Positions 51,586-60,128 of a DNA stretch of 64,000 nt are shown here, in pieces. Origin of the DNA: Chrysomallon squamiferum (taxonomy: Eukaryota; Animalia; Mollusca); contig CM022669.1 in the NCBI GenBank assembly GCA_012295275.1, positions 5,704,001-5,768,000 of the forward strand. The letters run 5' to 3'. The position numbers were made by a program, and so were the translations under genes. The stretch's first letter is position 1, and every line of letters starts with the position of its first letter. The notes below the pieces were generated by a model. The model did no database searches and had not been told where the DNA came from. It saw only the letters and a program-made list of their open reading frames with translations.

Positions 51586-53495
51586 GTAATAATAATTTTA
51601 AAAAAAGAGTATATTTTATGTGAGGATGCTTTTTAAAAGCTTGAAAACAAATCTTTAAAGTGTATCTGTATTTTACATTTTGTAATCTCCTCATTTTAGA
51701 CATCTCCTGCAGTGTGCTAAAAATAAAAGCTGCTGGACACTGTTTCCTGGTCGTTGACCTCATCCAGTGTGTTTTTAAGTGTTTGATGCCAGTATGTGGT
51801 AAAACACTTGAGTTAATAAGTGTTTTTTTTTTTTTTTTACCTGCATCAGTTCTTGTGTCTAGTTACCAGGTTGTGGCACCACACTACACTTGGTTAATTT
51901 CCTACCACCTGGTGGATGCCAATCAAACAACAGTTACCTCCCTTGACACTACTGATCTGGCCGAATGTGCCAGCCATAACTGTTACAAGAATTTTATAAA
52001 TGGTTGTTTGTTTTGTCAGTTATTGAAGCTTTTATGTGGTGTTTCCTGAAATATGTCTTTGTGGTTTTTTTTTCTTTCTAACTGAAATTTGATATTGACC
52101 GATTAAAGTTTTATCACAGTTTTTAATGAAATCACTCATTGTTACTGAAATTAAAAAGGGGCATTTATTACATGTTAAATTAACAGTTGCTGAAGATTAA
52201 AATTTCCATTTACTGAAGTTTATAATGTACAGAAAATTAACATTATTAGCTACTGAAATTTTACACTGACTCTTTTTATACTGGTTGTTAAAAATTGATT
52301 ATGGCCTTTACAGAAATTTTATATTATCCATTACTTAATTTTTAGAGTAACTGTTACTTATTAAATATTGTAAAGAGAAAATATCAGCAAATTTAGAGAG
52401 ACCAAACAAATTGATTAATATTTATAATGTTTATGTTTTTTATAAATAAAAATATTTTGTTTGTTGAGTTGATATCTGTTAATTTTTAATAGTTTTGTGT
52501 TCATTGAATTTTAGATAAAATCAAAACTGGCTTCATAAATTTGGCTAGCTGTTTTGAATTTGTTTCATTTTATAATTTTATAAACAGAAATTAGAAAAGG
52601 AGTCTTCCTTTCATTCTCAGATTTTTAAAGTATTGTCAATCTATAAACATGTATAAGATGTAACAGACTTTGTAAATTTCTCTCATCATTTTATATATTT
52701 TTCATTATTTTCATTTTTCACATTTTTAAAATTATTATTTTATTCTATTTTTTCACTTTCTTAACAGAATAAAGAAAAGGATGGCAAATCTAAGACTCCA
52801 CATAATTTCGTCAGTGTGTCCATCAGTAACTCCATGTTATGTTATGTCTGTCACAAACCCTTAACTAACAAACCTGCCTTCAGTTGTCAGAGTGAGTATT
52901 TTCTATATTAATAACTTTAAGTGTGAGTATTAGTTATAGAGAATTCATCAGAATCAGTATTTAGTATATGTGTAAATGTCAGTGTATTATTTTTATCACT
53001 GTCTGAGTACTTAGTATATGTATGGTCATTTAGCTAAGTATTTGATATCCCAGTAAATTTTGAATACTACTCAGAATGAGTAAGTAATACACTTTAAGGT
53101 GTCAATATATGTGGAGTACATGCAAATACTATATAGATATCAGGAGTATTTTGTAATGGTTAGAGTATGTTCAAATTCATTAACTGTCAGGCTGAATAAA
53201 TACTTTTTTATTTTAGAAATTTCAATAAATAAATATATCTTTTTAATATGCAGTTTCAATAAACATATCTAAATATGCAATTTCACAAAATAATGTTATA
53301 TATGTTGGTATAATGAATTTATTTTAAAAAACTGTTTTAATAATTTAAATATATTGTTTCAGTAATTTAAATGTATTAGTTCAGTAAATGAAGTTATTGT
53401 TTATTGTAAATAAATTTATTGTAGACTGTCTGCTGAATGTACATGAACATGGCTGCAAGGATCAGATACCAGTATGTGAAAAACCACAACGCAGG
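133..53495 (+). CDS. AKAP13/ARHGEF28: Lbc-family Rho guanine nucleotide exchange factor, AKAP13/ARHGEF28-like; partial gene model (19 coding exons, 871 aa; 3' DH-PH exons outside window)
   Basis: Exons join 133-165, 519-666, 2656-2946, 3519-3708, 15668-15798, 17296-17415, 17907-18128, 20586-20668, 30012-30108, 37087-37405, 37828-37991, 41461-41576, 41980-42142, 42620-42668, 44358-44408, 48471-48587, 49135-49258, 52768-52891, 53425-53495. All are GT-AG with matching phases and no stops. The N-terminus MALSPAEAPVYGG...FLVFTGTNQRH...PGHD...RETLLHFAARLGL...LDKPGG resembles the recalled human AKAP13/ARHGEF28 N-terminus, and a C1 domain closes the model. Confidence 0.9.
519..666 (+). CDS. AKAP13/ARHGEF28: Coding exon 2 (GGITIVLMFNEYTEFVEGSEMFLVFTGTNQRHTVSANKVNKNTLHASVP)
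   Basis: tttttcag acceptor, 148 nt open, donor gttagt, phase 0 to 1; family motif F/YLVFxGS/T..RH. Confidence 0.9.
930..1152. repeat. Compound (AAT)n, poly(A) and (TAAAA)n simple repeat
   Basis: Directly visible. Confidence 0.95.
1440..1965 (-). mobile_element. Degenerate, interrupted tRNA-derived SINE remnant (MetaSINE-like core)
   Basis: agaggaaatctgctg (1460) and gcagcaagggat...tatata (1858) resemble the reverse complement of the recalled Meta core (GATCCCTTGCTGC...GCGGGTTTCCTCT); gagatttgaac near 1941 is a reverse B-box-like motif. Confidence 0.35.
2656..2946 (+). CDS. AKAP13/ARHGEF28: Coding exon 3 (GHDMTEEV...DTAFHMAKFLINS...LDARLSLALKHTPLHPAWNLLDWDS)
   Basis: ctttccag acceptor, donor gtgaga, 291 nt, phase 1 to 1; internal part of ORF 2601..2969. 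Confidence 0.92.
3389..3436. repeat. (TTA)n microsatellite
   Basis: Directly visible. Confidence 0.95.
3519..3708 (+). CDS. AKAP13/ARHGEF28: Coding exon 4, ankyrin-like repeat (DDDFQGRETLLHFAARLGLSRVASYILDKPGGQECCHVTNPDGQLPSQVAAQNGFHELAERLSG)
   Basis: gatcag acceptor, donor gtgagt, 190 nt, phase 1 to 2; RETLLHFA.RLGL...KPGG is a hallmark of AKAP13/ARHGEF28. Confidence 0.93.
5778..5815. repeat. (CAT)n microsatellite
   Basis: Directly visible. Confidence 0.95.
8235..8406 (+). promoter_or_regulatory. Candidate internal promoter / non-coding first exon with paired CCAAT boxes
   Basis: TGATTGG at 8235 and 8267 (32 bp apart), TGTGGGAA CSL-type motif at 8358, consensus donor gtaagt at 8401. Confidence 0.35.
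9887..9938. repeat. (ATT)n microsatellite
   Basis: Directly visible. Confidence 0.95.
13374..13430. repeat. Compound (TG)n(AG)n microsatellite
   Basis: Directly visible. Confidence 0.95.
14561..14645. repeat. (CA)n microsatellite
   Basis: Directly visible. Confidence 0.95.
15668..15798 (+). CDS. AKAP13/ARHGEF28: Coding exon 5 (YNTHGMVTNNDKQIVRGNGILKKNADGNVTLTRLLNVAPQTTI)
   Basis: gttgcag acceptor, gtaaga donor, 131 nt, phase 2 to 1. Confidence 0.82.
17296..17415 (+). CDS. AKAP13/ARHGEF28: Coding exon 6 (EEDIEMLQKGVVMMKQRRSSSEKQHPYSSDWPPSQTSQIQ)
   Basis: ctttcag acceptor, gtctgt donor, 120 nt, phase 1 to 1, GC/CpG-richer than its flanks; TLT...EEDIEML resembles the recalled ARHGEF28 TLTL...EADIKLF. 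Confidence 0.78.
17907..18128 (+). CDS. AKAP13/ARHGEF28: Coding exon 7 (DSGISSTMEVEDTIDRIFESC...ENNKWGIM)
   Basis: cttccag acceptor, gtaata donor, 222 nt, phase 1 to 1; inside ORF 17873..18262. Confidence 0.78.
18890..19030 (+). mobile_element. Degenerate SINE remnant, MetaSINE-like core
   Basis: gggaatgtgca...aaaatatccc...gaaaaactagtcca...gactgcaggtttcctttct parallels the recalled Meta core GGGATGGTGCATATAAAAGATCCC...GAAAAGAGTAGCCCA...GACAGCGGGTTTCCTCT; followed by a (GAT)n tail. Confidence 0.4.
19427..19462 (+). CDS. Candidate alternatively spliced microexon, 15 nt (GILPA, to 19441) or 36 nt (GILPAGNRVVQA, to 19462)
   Basis: T-rich tract plus taacag acceptor ending 19426; two in-frame donors, CAG|gtaaca (19442) and CAG|gtaact (19463); both lengths keep phase 1-1, as required between exons 7 and 8. 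Confidence 0.45.
20228..20241 (-). promoter_or_regulatory. CTCF core motif CCACCAGGGGGCAG
   Basis: ctgccccctggtgg on + strand matches CCASYAGRKGGCRS on - strand; a 14-bp GC-rich match is improbable in such AT-rich DNA. Confidence 0.6.
20300..20309. promoter_or_regulatory. MEF2 consensus site CTATTTTTAG
   Basis: Matches CTA(A/T)4TAG; adjacent ATTGG at 20291 and YY1-like GCCATTTT at 20384. Confidence 0.35.
20586..20668 (+). CDS. AKAP13/ARHGEF28: Coding exon 8 (EGSLNTARAINSGVLSQRHLQLSQLLTQ)
   Basis: tgtttgtttttacag acceptor, gtcagt donor, 83 nt; supplies the phase 1 to 0 bridge needed between the 18128 and 30012 exons. Confidence 0.72.
20640..21048 (+). repeat. 100-bp tandem repeat, 4 near-identical copies (degenerate copies continue to about 21490), containing the last 29 nt of exon 8 and its donor
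   Basis: Units start at 20640, 20740, 20840 and 20940 (atctgcaactttcacaacttcttacccaggtcagttttaatttg...ctgagagat). Confidence 0.97.
22357..22414. repeat. (TACA)n microsatellite
   Basis: Directly visible. Confidence 0.9.
28159..28262 (+). repeat. About 47-bp AT-rich tandem duplication (agttttaaaatttaataaaaatttgttatttt), 2 copies plus a partial third
   Basis: Directly visible at 28159, 28206 and 28252. Confidence 0.8.
30012..30108 (+). CDS. AKAP13/ARHGEF28: Coding exon 9 (DVRRESLARFSKSCPALDIQGRCSPVSPIDET)
   Basis: tttttcag acceptor, gtcagt donor, 97 nt, phase 0 to 1; GC-rich island in AT-rich intron. Confidence 0.82.
30316..30487. repeat. Compound trinucleotide tract (ACT/GCT/ACA/TAC)n
   Basis: Directly visible; source of spurious ORFs 30233..30454 and 30272..30478. 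Confidence 0.9.
34021..34641 (+). promoter_or_regulatory. CpG-rich island, probable internal promoter with non-coding alternative first exon
   Basis: More than 25 CpGs in 620 bp against near absence in flanking intron; possible donor CAG|gttatt at 34636; an in-frame ATG is available at 37101 in the next exon. Confidence 0.6.
36355..36715 (+). repeat. 22-bp minisatellite (ggaaacttttatattttaccaa), about 16 copies
   Basis: Directly visible periodicity. Confidence 0.92.
37087..37405 (+). CDS. AKAP13/ARHGEF28: Coding exon 10 (EHHKSMLQLAEGETTLPHPE...ARARVLALTGK)
   Basis: ttttag acceptor, gtcagt donor, 319 nt, phase 1 to 2; overlaps ORF 37101..37433. Confidence 0.85.
37531..37616 (+). pseudogene. 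Degenerate intronic copy of the 3' end of exon 11 plus its donor region (37950-38035)
   Basis: Ungapped hand alignment gives 69/86 identities at offset 419. Confidence 0.85.
37828..37991 (+). CDS. AKAP13/ARHGEF28: Coding exon 11 (SLSLNSLEGSDEGEFQDAQWSPSKSGRSLSTG...DVSRPT)
   Basis: ctctgtag acceptor, gtttgt donor, 164 nt, phase 2 to 1. Confidence 0.83.
40110..40190. repeat. (CT)n microsatellite
   Basis: Directly visible. Confidence 0.95.
41461..41576 (+). CDS. AKAP13/ARHGEF28: Coding exon 12 (GLPETCERDHMTRTMSEPTTAGSTRSLSNIPAEIENESK)
   Basis: poly-T gtag acceptor, gtatta donor, 116 nt, phase 1 to 0. Confidence 0.83.
41980..42142 (+). CDS. AKAP13/ARHGEF28: Coding exon 13 (TPQELAGQNAGG...HSSMTKSLSTPSIPAATDAVKSS)
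   Basis: ttcactag acceptor, gtaaca donor, 163 nt, phase 0 to 1; TKSLSTPSI resembles the KSVS/KSIS motifs of Lbc-family GEFs. Confidence 0.85.
42620..42668 (+). CDS. AKAP13/ARHGEF28: Coding exon 14 (ESPKYRRNHEGRKDGK)
   Basis: attcag acceptor, consensus gtaagt donor at 42669, 49 nt, phase 1 to 2. Confidence 0.75.
44358..44408 (+). CDS. AKAP13/ARHGEF28: Coding exon 15, symmetric 51-nt probable cassette exon (LGGPSYILIQKLIEDH)
   Basis: atttcag acceptor, gtgagt donor, phase 2-2; TGCATG motifs immediately downstream. Confidence 0.7.
44428..44472 (+). promoter_or_regulatory. Rbfox-type intronic splicing enhancer cluster
   Basis: TGCATG at 44428 and 44462 plus GCATG at 44468, all within 65 nt downstream of a symmetric 51-nt exon. 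Confidence 0.55.
48471..48587 (+). CDS. AKAP13/ARHGEF28: Coding exon 16 (AQFQRQREVEEEDEHVVAAVPAFNTSRHREISLRDFLS)
   Basis: ttttcacag acceptor, gtatgc donor, 117 nt, phase 2-2. Confidence 0.8.
49135..49258 (+). CDS. AKAP13/ARHGEF28: Coding exon 17 (ESTSLESSDDQRSTKGSRKDEERKKRKPSVFSRFQSSYRTKK)
   Basis: atttcag acceptor, gtagct donor, 124 nt, phase 2 to 0; basic stretch preceding the C1 domain, as in AKAP13/ARHGEF28. Confidence 0.85.
49580..50300 (+). repeat. 30-31-bp minisatellite (tcagcagagaccacattttatagaaactgta), diverged at 5' end and homogeneous from about 49965
   Basis: Directly visible; explains ORFs 49536..49748, 49591..50022 and 49745..49960. Confidence 0.96.
51242..51303. repeat. (GA)n microsatellite
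   Basis: Directly visible. Confidence 0.95.
52768..52891 (+). CDS. AKAP13/ARHGEF28: Coding exon 18, N-half of C1 zinc finger (NKEKDGKSKTPHNFVSVSISNSMLCYVCHKPLTNKPAFSCQ)
   Basis: ttaacag acceptor, gtgagt donor, 124 nt, phase 0 to 1; H-x12-C-x2-C pattern. Confidence 0.92.
53425..53495 (+). CDS. AKAP13/ARHGEF28: Coding exon 19, C-half of C1 zinc finger (NCLLNVHEHGCKDQIPVCEKPQRR)
   Basis: ttgtag acceptor, gtgagt donor, 71 nt, phase 1 to 0; completes C-x2-C-x4-H-x3-C-x6-C. Confidence 0.92.
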
Positions 53496-54149
53496 GTGAG
53501 TGCATTCTTCATTCTGTTTTTTAACCAATTTAATCTTGCTTTAACCTGATTATGCCTGTGTCCTTTTGTGTGCATGCAGGTGTGGATTTTGTGTGTATGA
53601 GAGAGAGAGAGACAGAGAGAGAGAGGGTCAGATGTATCCGTAGTTGGTCATACTGTTTAATGTTTACTTTATCACTTGGTGTTGATGTTAATACATTTCA
53701 GTATCATTAGTTTGTGTAACTGTTAGAATAACAGTAATGTTGTACAATTATTATTATTGTCTGCTGACGGTTACGGAAAAGCTTGGGTATAATGAATATT
53801 TGTAATAAAAATTTGCTTTCTGTTGTTAAAGTCATGCTTTAAAAGACACAAATCATTACTTAATGTGATTATCAAAAATGACTAAAACAGTAATGAAAGT
53901 GAGATATAGAAACGAGACACTTAATAAATTATAAAAATGTAAGGTTATAAAACAGATCTACAATGGCAATAACTTGGATTAAGAAACTGATGAGTAATTT
54001 TTAAATAAATAAAATTTAAAAATTCTAAAACCTGAGATAAAACAGTTACTGATATGAAAGTTAAGAAATTGCATTATTATAATAGCAACTCCAGAACTGA
54101 AAAACCAAAAAGAAATGAATGTGGAATTTAAAGAAGGATGTTAAAATGC

Positions 54150-54206
<57 letters not shown>

Positions 54207-55402
54207 GATAATATAAATAAATAAATAAATAAATTAATAAATACATGTATCCTGACACATAAGTGTGTGGGTTGTTGCAGAGTTTGATTTGGTTCACACT
54301 GTGAGGTAAATGGAAAGCATGTCAGTCAACACAGTGTGTTTGTAGTCAGCAGTGATAACACGTGAATTCATCAAGTAACAACATCAGCTGATAAACCTCT
54401 GGTCAGCTTACAACTCAAGTGTGTTAATTAGCTTACCACTGTATTTCAGCACTAGTACTTGTTGTTCATAGATCTGAGTCAAATGTATTTTTCTTCTTTT
54501 AAATGGTGAGATATAAATCAACTGTGATGACAACATATAAACAAAATGTAAGACAATAGTGGGTGAAAGTATTATTTGGTTAATTTATATTAGTATTCTA
54601 TTATTTAAATTTTTTCTCAGTTAATTTATTTATATGTTGGTTTGTTTGTTTGGGGTTTTGGGGGGTTTTTTGGTGTGCTTTTTTTTTTTAATTTTCAGGG
54701 TTTATCTTTCAGTTTTGTTATATTTTGTCTTAGTATTCTTTCTTTGTTGCATCTCTGTTTCCTAATCTTTCTTTCAAAAACATCACAACCGTGTTAAACT
54801 CTAAGAGACTTGCAGAAAATTATTTATTTATCATTTTCACTTTATAGCACCTGGTTTAGTTTAAATCTTGGAAATCTTTCTTTTTTTCCTTTTTTTTAGC
54901 AATGTTTTTGTCTTTTTTTTAACCATTCTTATTCATGATTTTTTTTATAATACATTGCTAAATTATTTCCATTTATGAATTTTAGCAGATTTTTTCAAAG
55001 ATATTTAAATATATACAATTTTTTTTTATGTATATATGTAACAGTAATTTCATGTTATTTATTTTAAAATTAATTCTAAACCAAAATGTCATGCAAGTGC
55101 ATTCGTGCAGCTTAAGATGACTGTGTATAGTATCAAGATTTTCCATTTCTCTTCTGATTTGAAAAACCTGACTAAGCAGAAATTCTGGTGAAAAGCCAGA
55201 GAAGGTTTGACATTTAGAGATAGCCAATGTCAATGATATAGATATACACTTAAATCACCACAGCTGACTATAATAACATACTCATTTTCTATAGATTTGT
55301 GTCTAATTAAGCTTCGTGTCTGCAGTGTACAGTTAATCTCTGTAGGTTTTGTGTACTCAATCTGATCTGAGAATAAAAAATCTCAGTTTGTGTAATAGCA
55401 GA

Positions 55403-55520
55403 GTGGGCTGCATAACCAGTGGTAAAATGGTTGCCTGAGGCATTGTGGGTAATTTAATCCTCTTCAACATACCAAAAAAAAAAGCTGTTTCTAGATCCAA
55501 CCATTGCCTTTATACTGGTC
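55403..55520 (+). mobile_element. Degenerate tRNA-derived SINE 5' head
   Basis: taaccagtggtaaa A-box-like motif, then gcctgag, aatcc and gctgtttct...tccaaccattgc...actggt in the order recalled for gastropod tRNA-SINE heads; CpGs eroded. Confidence 0.4.
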
Positions 55521-56181
55521 CGTGTTTTTCTGTCTTTGAGAAAATGCATTTAAAATATTCTTAGACATTGGATTGGTTATTGATCAGAAATAATAGGTGA
55601 AGTCATAGGTCATGTTCACTACAGACATACTTCAACAATGTATTCCCTGATGGAATGGTGCTAAAAATTACTTGTACCAATATTCCTTGCATACACATGC
55701 ACATCTGCAAGCATAAATGCAGAAATACATACATGTTAACACATAGGCAGACAGATATTCACCAAAACACAGGCATACAGACAGATTATTCAGTAGTTTG
55801 TCAGCAAGAATTTCATCTCTAAATAGTCACAAGAATTTTATTAGCAACAAGTTCACAATGAAGTTATCTGGAAGTTTAACCTCACTGATGTGGATCAGTT
55901 GAATCGATTTAAGATAAAATATTTTAAATTGTGTGAACAACATCAGCAGTGCTGTGGCTTGGTCTTGGCGTGGTCTGACACTTTCTTTGTTAACACCTGC
56001 TGCTGCACCTCTTACACTTAATTAACTCCAGTAGTTGATCTCAGTGTCAGGTGTGAAATGCCAGTCAGCTAGTTTACCTGTGTTTGTACCAAGTCAGCAG
56101 AGATGTAGTGGATGTAGGCAAAACAGATAACATGCACTGTAATTAATTGTTTATACAGACATACACACACACACAAACACA

Positions 56182-56216
<35 letters not shown>

Positions 56217-56920
56217 CCAAACATGCACAAACAAATACTCACATGCACAAACATATACTCACAATTAAATAATCATAAACAAACACCAATACATTATACA
56301 CCATATATATATATATATATATAGACACATATACAAACAAACATGCATACACATTCATACATATTTTATCTAACAGGTTGTTTTCAGAAAGTAAAAGAGC
56401 AAATATACAGTAGTTTTCTCACTAAAACAAATCTCTGATTACTGATATAAACATACATATTTAAACATTAACTTTATTTTCTTTCCAAACTGTATTATTT
56501 AAATTTGTTTAGTTGATTACAAACTGTGCAAAGATAAACAAATTTATTAATCTTTTCTCAGGCTGGTAGTTCAGGTCACAAATAAATGTGGAAAAGATTT
56601 TTTTTTTTTTTATTTTTTTTAGTTCTTCTAGGAAGTATCAAGTGTGCATTGCATTCCACTACTTTTACATACATATCTGTGTTCACTGATAACAGTCTAA
56701 ATATAAACCAACACATGTGAAGTAAGCAATGTATGTAACAGTGTGGCTATAAGAGTGGTACAACAACAACAACAACAGCCACAACACATGTGAGCGATAA
56801 GCTGTGATGTGCAGTAACTAGACTGGAACAAACATTGAGATAACTGTGTGGGAGTACACCTTGGTTAGCAATCACTGGGAAACAGGGTCACACAGTTCAG
56901 CTCTCTACATACTTGTAAAA

Positions 56921-57932
56921 ACAGTACACTGTATCATCACCACACAATCTACAGTGTGTGTGTGTGTGTGTGTGTGTGTAACTACATCAACACACAAACA
57001 GTACAATGTGTGTATATGTGTAACTCCATCATCACACAAACAGTACTATGTGTGTGTGTGTAACTACATCATCACACAAACAATACAGTGTAATTGTAAC
57101 TACATCATCACACAAACAATACAGTGTAATTGTAACTACATCATCACACAAACAGTACTATGTGTGTGTGTAACTACATCATCACACAAACAATACAGTG
57201 TAATTGTAACTACATCATCACATAAACAGTACATTGCGTGTATATGTAACTACATCATCACACAAACAGTACAATGTGTGTGTGTGTGTAACTACATCAT
57301 CACACAAACAGTACAATGTGTGTATGTGTAACTACATCATCACACAAACAGTACAATGTGTGTATATGTAACTACATCATCACACAAACAATACAGTGTA
57401 ATTGTAACTACATCATCACATAAACAGTACATTGCGTGTATATGTAACTACATCATCACACAAACAGTACAGTGTGTGTGTGTGTGTAACTACATCATCA
57501 CAAAAACAGTACAGTGTGTATGTGTAACTACATCATCACACAAACAGTACAATGTGTGTATATGTAACTACATCATCACACAAACAATACCATGGTTGCA
57601 TGTAACTACAGCATCACACAAACAATACCATGGTTGTATGTGTTTATCATCACACAAACAGTGTGTAACTGTATCTACATCATCACACAAAACAGTACAG
57701 TGTGTATCATCACACAAACAGTAATGTAACTACATCATCACACAAACAATACCATGGTTGTATGTAACTACATCATCACACAAACAGTACCAGGTTGTAT
57801 GTAACTGCATCATCACACAAACAGTACCGGGTTGTATGTAACCACATCATCACACAAACAGTGCACTGTGTGTAACTGTAACTACATCATCACACAAACA
57901 GTACAGTGGTTGTATGTAACTACATCATCACA
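56921..57932 (+). repeat. Minisatellite, about 27 copies of core TGTAACTACATCATCACACAAACA with variable 12-18 bp (TG)-containing linkers
   Basis: Directly visible; explains ORFs 56846..57331, 57356..57724 and the start of 57832..58305. Confidence 0.96.
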
Positions 57933-58019
57933 GGAACTGTGGTTAGTAATTACAGGAAAACAAGGTCACTCAGTTCACCTTTCTGCATCATTACAGAAGC
58001 AGAGCAGTCTAACCCTATC

Positions 58020-58350
58020 AGTCACTGTGGCGTGTAGTTCTTTCAATGTATATTTAACTACATCAGTCACAGCGGCAGTATCGCTTGGTGAGATAACAAA
58101 GCCAGTGTTTTCTACCTGCAGATCCTTGCTCTGTTTTTTTTCTCCGTCTCGCTCGCATGCCAGCCTGTTTGAGTTTCTCTTAAAACAGATTTCTGAGTGG
58201 GATTTTCCAGTAACCGTGTTACTGGAAACTATTTACCTTCTTGTTCAGAGAGCTCCACTCTACAGCTGGTGTAAGGGCGTGGTTTGTGTGGGTCCAATCA
58301 GCTGACTGTTTTTCAACATTTTTCTCTGCAGAGAGAAAGTCGATATTGGG
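58020..58350 (+). promoter_or_regulatory. CpG-retaining candidate internal promoter
   Basis: Several CpGs; GGGATTTTCC (NF-kB consensus) at 58199, GGGCGTGG (Sp/KLF) at 58275, CCAATCA at 58294. Confidence 0.45.
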
Positions 58351-60009
58351 GTGATATGTTAATCAATACCCTGTGGATACCTACCTGTATGTACATTTCT
58401 TTCTACCTGATTGAGGTGCATTCTTAATAACCTGCTTACCTGTGAGATATATATACCTGCCTTGTTTGTTTTATATTTCATCAGGATATTTTGTTATCAG
58501 AGGCTGGATGATTTCAGTAAGTGTTGGTTTCATTATTGATTCTTTTTGCAGATTTACTAGAAAAATCAATTTCTGTACTGGCAAATTACCACAAAATGTT
58601 CTATGATATATGCATATATAGATATATAGATATATCAATGTGTTGTATGTCTCCATAATTATATTGCATCTGTGCACGTACAAATGCCAGTATGTTTGTC
58701 TGTATCAGTGTATGTATGTGTTCAAGTATTCAAGCATAGATAACATTTGTGTTTCTGCATATATATATATATGTTAATTATACCTTCTTATACATATATA
58801 TGCTACCTTAGTCAATTTTTATTTACATAAGTCTACAACACATGTTAGCAACTACTGTAAAAGGTTTTTAAAAGGGATTGTTACAGAATTACATAATGTT
58901 CGGCTGCTGGGCAGTCATGGTTGACTGTTGTTGAGGCTTGTTGAAGTATTTTGAGCTGGTTTATCTGATAATTACAGTTCAGGTTACCTGACAGAGGTGT
59001 GGCTGGACTAATCTAATCAGTTCACTGAAACCAATCAAACAGGTTTCTATAACAATGACACATTCTGTTAGTACTTTGTTCTCTGAGGTTTCAAGTGTCA
59101 TATTCACTGCTCGAGTCCAGTTACACTTCTACTTCATTGTTGTTGTTGTTGTTGTTTTGTTATTATTATAGATTTTATAATTGTTATTATTATTATCAGT
59201 GGAATGAAAAATGTGCTTTTATTTAAATTTCCAGATTTCTTCATATACTTTTTTTAGTTCAAAATTTTATTTATTTATTTATTATATTTTTTTTCTTAAA
59301 AGTTTTTTTTTTTTTTTTTTTTTTTTTTTTATTGAAAAACCTGTTAGCATTTTTTGTTTTATTCCTATCAAAAAATCCAGACAAGGGAAAATACTCTAAA
59401 CATTCGATAAAGAATCTCCCATCCTGGATTCCATTTGAGATGCTCTTTGAACCTTTTCTCTTCAAAGTGTTCAGTGATTTACTGTGAAGTCTCACTTCAC
59501 CAGTCAGGGGCTAGGGGTTCAGGAAGGGGGCGCTTTGATAAGCATACTTGAGCGCAATCGACTTCAAAAGCAGAAAGAGATAACAGTTTGTTTATTAATG
59601 GTATGAGATAGAAAAATGTGACTAATTAATTAATATGTGATTTTAGGATTAAGAAAAGAAAAAAAAGAAAAAGAAACAGAGGAAGATTGGTGATAAAAAC
59701 TTGAAAAATAAAATTAAGGTTAAATCTGAAACTGAAAGATTATTTATAAGCAATAAAGCTTGCACTGTATACAGTTGGCACACACACACAATATAGGTGA
59801 ATGTCTCTGTATCAACACACACAGATAGAGAAATTTACCTACTTTCAACATGAATTTGATTAAAAAAGATTTGCAGGACTTTTATAATTCATTGTCTTTA
59901 AACATCAAAATGTTACCACAGTTATTTTTAATTCATATTTTAAATACTGAAAAAGTATGGTTTATATTAATATAATCTTTTTAAACATAACTATATTGTA
60001 ATTTTTAAA

Positions 60010-60059
60010 TTTGTTGTTGTTGTTATTATTATTATTAATATTATTACTATTATTATAAC

Positions 60060-60099
<40 letters not shown>

Positions 60100-60128
60100 A
60101 TTATTATTATGATTATTATTATTATTAT
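60010..60128. repeat. (TTG)n/(TTA)n compound microsatellite
   Basis: Directly visible. Confidence 0.95.

Noticed and set aside
51545-52049. ORFs 51545..51763 and 51660..52049
   Set aside because: No recognisable domain, include homopolymer runs, and not needed for the phase-consistent join of exons 17 and 18
56921-57932. CRISPR-like array (repeat plus variable spacer)
   Set aside because: Spacers are only 12-18 bp, mutually related and contain (TG)n; no cas genes; eukaryotic intron
56846-58305. Cys/Thr-rich ORFs of 161, 122 and 157 aa
   Set aside because: Translations of the minisatellite; no splice-consistent exon or domain signature
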